From NCBI GenBank assembly GCA_040219255.1, contig JAVJSW010000060.1:64001-128000 (forward strand): a stretch of 64,000 nucleotides of DNA, in the 5' to 3' direction. Of the stretch, positions 60,757-64,000 are shown piece after piece; position 1 is the stretch's first letter, and each line of letters opens with the position of its first letter. Below the pieces are notes generated by a model. That model was not told the DNA's origin and ran no database searches. It saw only the letters and a program-made list of their open reading frames with translations. The position numbers and the translations under genes are program-made. This DNA comes from Sumerlaeia bacterium (lineage in GTDB: Bacteria; Sumerlaeota; Sumerlaeia; SLMS01; JAHLLQ01).

Positions 60757-61542
60757 ATGGCATTCCTTCTCAAATCCGGTGGAGTCTTTCTTCACATCCC
60801 CAAGACCGGCGGGATGTGGGTCCAGAAAGTCCTGAAAGAACTTGGACTTGTGCGATACGCCTTCGGTCGCGAGCACGAAGACATGCCAGGAATCGTCAAC
60901 TTCCCCTCGGCCAATCCCTTCGAACACCGTCGCAAAATGGTGCGCCGGGGGATCGCCTGGCACGCCGACGTGCTCAATGGGTACAAATTTTGTTTCGTTC
61001 GCCACCCGCTGACTTGGTACGAGTCGTACTGGAAATGGCGCTCGGGCCAGTGGCACAAGGCCTCCAACTATTACACCGACTTTCCCGTCGGCATGATTCG
61101 CGACACCGGTCACGACGACTTCAATCAATTCGTCCGCGTTGTGAACGAGAAATACCCCGGCTACGTCACAGCCCTCTACGGCCGCTATGCGGTTCCGGGC
61201 CGCATCGATTTCATCGGCAAACAGGAATCGCTAACGGACGATCTGATCACCGTTCTCAACCATCTCAACGAAAACTTCGACGAGGACCGAATCCGGAACT
61301 GGCCGCGCGTCAACGCTTCGAAGTCCAAAGCGGGGAAGCCGGTCTGGGAATCGGAAGTCCGGGAATTGGCCAGCAAGACCGAGTACGCCGGAATCCTGCG
61401 ATACGGCTACGCGGTCGATGACTTGGTGCCCAACGCCACCATGGACGAGGTTCACGAACCGGCGGCGCCAAGCGGCGACCGCGTCGAAGCGCATGAGGAA
61501 GAGGCGTGCCGGCAACCCGCCTTCACGGCCAACGGTCACTGA
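60757..61542 (+). CDS. sulfotransferase family 2-like protein, copy B
   Basis: FLHIPKTGGM, FVRHP..WYES; about three quarters identical to copy A by manual count. Confidence 0.8.
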   Translation: MAFLLKSGGVFLHIPKTGGMWVQKVLKELGLVRYAFGREHEDMPGIVNFPSANPFEHRRKMVRRGIAWHADVLNGYKFCFVRHPLTWYESYWKWRSGQWHKASNYYTDFPVGMIRDTGHDDFNQFVRVVNEKYPGYVTALYGRYAVPGRIDFIGKQESLTDDLITVLNHLNENFDEDRIRNWPRVNASKSKAGKPVWESEVRELASKTEYAGILRYGYAVDDLVPNATMDEVHEPAAPSGDRVEAHEEEACRQPAFTANGH

Positions 61543-61548
61543 TCGGGG

Positions 61549-63300
61549 TTACTGAACCCGCGTCAGTTCCTGAAGCGCCGTCGCGAGGCGGACTTTGTTG
61601 GTGTCGTCGCTGTAGAAGGTGCCCCGGGGCGTGATGTACACCTCCGTGCCGGCGGCGTCTTCCGCGACATGCAGGAACGCGATTCGATCACCGTTTTCAT
61701 CGAAGAAATCGAACCGGATGTTGGGGGTCAACTCCTCGCCCGATTGAAGTTGGCTGGTCCATTCCAGGTCCTCCGCCGCGCCGATGAAGGCCGCCACCCG
61801 CGCGTCCGGCAGCGACGCGACCAGTTGGCCCTGGGCCGCAAGCTTCCAGACGCCGCCTTCCCGCGCCACGGAGATTTCGCGGTCGGCGTTGGCGATTTCG
61901 ATGTGGGCGACACGGCCGCCGAATCCCGGGTTGATGCGCCGGTCCTGCAAGTCCGCGCGGAAGCGGTACAGGCGGCTGGGATCGGTGAAATCCAGGGCCA
62001 GAATCGCCCCATCCTGAATACGCTGGGCGTAGGCGATGCCTTCCGCCGGGTCCGAGCGCCCCAGCAGCAGGCCCTGATCCGGCAGGTTGTCGCGGGTTTC
62101 GATCCGCAGTTCCAGGCTCGGCCGGGTCAAGCCGTAGCGGGCTTTCTCCTCCGCCGTCGTGGCGTTCGCCGCCACCACCCGCCGCGCGCGCACCGTGGCC
62201 AAGGCGTTGAGAAACTCGGCCAGCTTGACGTTTCGCACAGGCACGTCTTCCATGCCTTCGAAGGACCAGTTGCCTTCCTCATCCTGCAGCAGCGCCATCT
62301 CGGCGGTGCCGGACTGGGTCGTGACGCGGCGCACATCGGCGATGTCGGACCAGAGAAATCCCTTGGACGTCCAGTCGGCGGCGGGGCGAAGGAAATCCCC
62401 GAGAGCCGCCGCGCGAACAATGGCGAGGCCCGGCTGGTCCGTGGAGCGCACCGTCAGCTCGGCTTCCCCACCGATCTTCTTGCCGATGGTGACTTCCTGC
62501 TGGGCGTCTCCGTCGTGAACGCTGATTTGGGCCAGGGGCGATTCGAAGCCCAGTTCCGCCGCCGTGCTCGTCGGCGCGTCGTCGATGCGCAGGGCCCGGG
62601 TGCTGGCGAGGGCTTGAAGCGCCGCTTCGGCCAGGTCCTGGTCGGCGGGGACGGCGGAGCCTTCGATCAGCCAGCGGCCGCCATCCTCCGCGCGCGACAG
62701 GCGCACCGTTTCGCCGCCGCTTTGCACCGCGACTTCGTTCACTTCCCAAGGATCGAAGCTGGCGATGCCCTTGTAGCGCAGGATCGCCAGGTCCTTCTCC
62801 GCCTGATTGCGGATCCAGTCGTTGACCGTGAAGATGCCGTCCTCGCTGGCAAGCTTGGCGTAATAGCGCCCGATCTGCGGCGTCGCATCGCCCAGCAGCA
62901 CGGTCACTTCGCGAGGTTCGCCGGCGCTTGTGCCTTCGATCGTGATGGTGGGCAGGGGTTCGGCGAGGCCGTACTCGGCGAGGTCGCTAACCTCGAAGGG
63001 CGAGAGCTTTTTGGCGCCGCGGATGTTGTCGATCAGGGCGCGAACCTGGGCCGTCTCGGCGCGCTGCTCGCGTGGTTCGGTCAGCCACCAGTTGTCCTCG
63101 CCCCGCTTCTCCAGGACGTAGGTGCCGGAAGTGTTGGTCAACTCGACGCGGGTGGCGGTCGACTCGTCGAAATCCATCAGACGCACGGCCAGGGCCGCGT
63201 CCTGGGCGGCGCGGCGCGTCACGGTGCGGTCGGCCAGAAAAAGTCCAAACAGCAGCGCCGCGACGAGTGCGGCGATGACGGGGCGGCGGGCGGTCATCAT
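61549..63300 (-). CDS. DUF4340 domain protein
   Basis: N-terminal anchor; repeated W....P..A, (Y/L)GL..P and G..YA units; lies downstream of a GldG-like gene. Confidence 0.8.
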   Translation of the reverse strand: MMTARRPVIAALVAALLFGLFLADRTVTRRAAQDAALAVRLMDFDESTATRVELTNTSGTYVLEKRGEDNWWLTEPREQRAETAQVRALIDNIRGAKKLSPFEVSDLAEYGLAEPLPTITIEGTSAGEPREVTVLLGDATPQIGRYYAKLASEDGIFTVNDWIRNQAEKDLAILRYKGIASFDPWEVNEVAVQSGGETVRLSRAEDGGRWLIEGSAVPADQDLAEAALQALASTRALRIDDAPTSTAAELGFESPLAQISVHDGDAQQEVTIGKKIGGEAELTVRSTDQPGLAIVRAAALGDFLRPAADWTSKGFLWSDIADVRRVTTQSGTAEMALLQDEEGNWSFEGMEDVPVRNVKLAEFLNALATVRARRVVAANATTAEEKARYGLTRPSLELRIETRDNLPDQGLLLGRSDPAEGIAYAQRIQDGAILALDFTDPSRLYRFRADLQDRRINPGFGGRVAHIEIANADREISVAREGGVWKLAAQGQLVASLPDARVAAFIGAAEDLEWTSQLQSGEELTPNIRFDFFDENGDRIAFLHVAEDAAGTEVYITPRGTFYSDDTNKVRLATALQELTRVQ

Positions 63301-64000
63301 TTCAGCCGCCTCCGGGCCACGGAGTACGCGACGCCTCCGCCCAGGAGTCCCAAACCGATCACCAGCAGCGTGCCGCACATCAGGTAAAACCGCGTCTGGG
63401 TCAGCAACAGGCCGCTCGGCGGGACAAGCTTCGGCGGGATGGCGAGCTGATCGTCGCGCTGCACCAGCCAGTTCACGGTCTGATAGGTGAGCGTCGCCCC
63501 GGCGGAGAATTCCTGCGCGTTGTTCGCCACGAAATCCGCGTCGCCAAAGAGCGCCACGCGGGCGCGGTCGCTCCGCAGACCATCGGGCGTCGGGTAGCTG
63601 GAGAGCGCGGCCAAGGCCTGGACGCCGATCTTCTCGTCGTCCAGGGGCTTGATCTTGCGCTGGATGCGGCGCAACTCCTGCGCGTCCTGGGCCCAGACCT
63701 GATCGTTGCTGACGAGCAGAACGGTTTTGTTGGCGTCGGTGCGCGTGTCTTCCGTGGCGCGGATGGGGCGGGCGCTGTTCATCAGGATCGGAATGCGGCC
63801 CATGGCGCGGGCGATGGGATGGTCGCCGGTCAGGTAGGCGGACGTCAGCAACTCCGACGCCGGGGCGTAGGGATCGATGATGACCTGATTGGGGCTTTCG
63901 AGCCCGGCGTAGCGAATCAGCGCGTCCAGGTTCGGCAACTGACGGTCGGCGATATAGGCCGGTTCAAGCGCCACCAGCAGCGCGCCGCCTTCGTCCAGGT
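63297..64000 (-). CDS. GldG-family ABC transporter auxiliary protein (3' part)
   Basis: GGALLVALEP, HPI, RVALFGDADF, VNWL..I.PK, C-terminal TM followed by RRR; truncated by the window edge. Confidence 0.8.
   Translation of the reverse strand, partial: LDEGGALLVALEPAYIADRQLPNLDALIRYAGLESPNQVIIDPYAPASELLTSAYLTGDHPIARAMGRIPILMNSARPIRATEDTRTDANKTVLLVSNDQVWAQDAQELRRIQRKIKPLDDEKIGVQALAALSSYPTPDGLRSDRARVALFGDADFVANNAQEFSAGATLTYQTVNWLVQRDDQLAIPPKLVPPSGLLLTQTRFYLMCGTLLVIGLGLLGGGVAYSVARRRLK

Noticed and set aside
59514-61542. DGR template/variable repeat pair
   Set aside because: Differences are not adenine-specific, span whole genes and are largely synonymous; no reverse transcriptase in the window

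Overview
High-GC bacterial chromosomal window, almost all protein-coding; I found no rRNA, tRNA, CRISPR array, prophage or intact transposase. Core genes: sua5/tsaC, a polyprenyl synthetase, thiO-like glycine oxidase, rsmD, hemC-hemD-hemB, fusA, lepB, amiC-type amidase, guaA, argS, manC, uvrA, radC, folE, lnt, acs and moaB. Envelope and glycan genes: GT4, GT2, Wzx flippase, deacetylase and two sulfotransferase-like paralogues. The prepilin ending YDPTNGTISDGDI and a dockerin-like C-terminus suggest a Candidatus Sumerlaeota (BRC1)-like host (inference only). Best leads: (1) a Cys-rich, Pro-tailed exported leader ORF upstream of a Met-motif pilin-like gene, separated by a C-rich spacer and hairpins, resembling CruR/CutF copper-responsive ribosome-stalling control applied to a pilin; (2) RadC fused to an HhH-GPD/endonuclease III-like domain with an Fe-S Cys motif; (3) two accessory two-gene cassettes flanking uvrA (unknown protein + HEPN; GTPase + 2TM protein) that may be defence or toxin-antitoxin systems; (4) an intergenic element family with asymmetric inverted repeat arms; (5) a tandem duplication that left a fossil moaB. 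All calls rest on motif recognition by eye; no searches were run.
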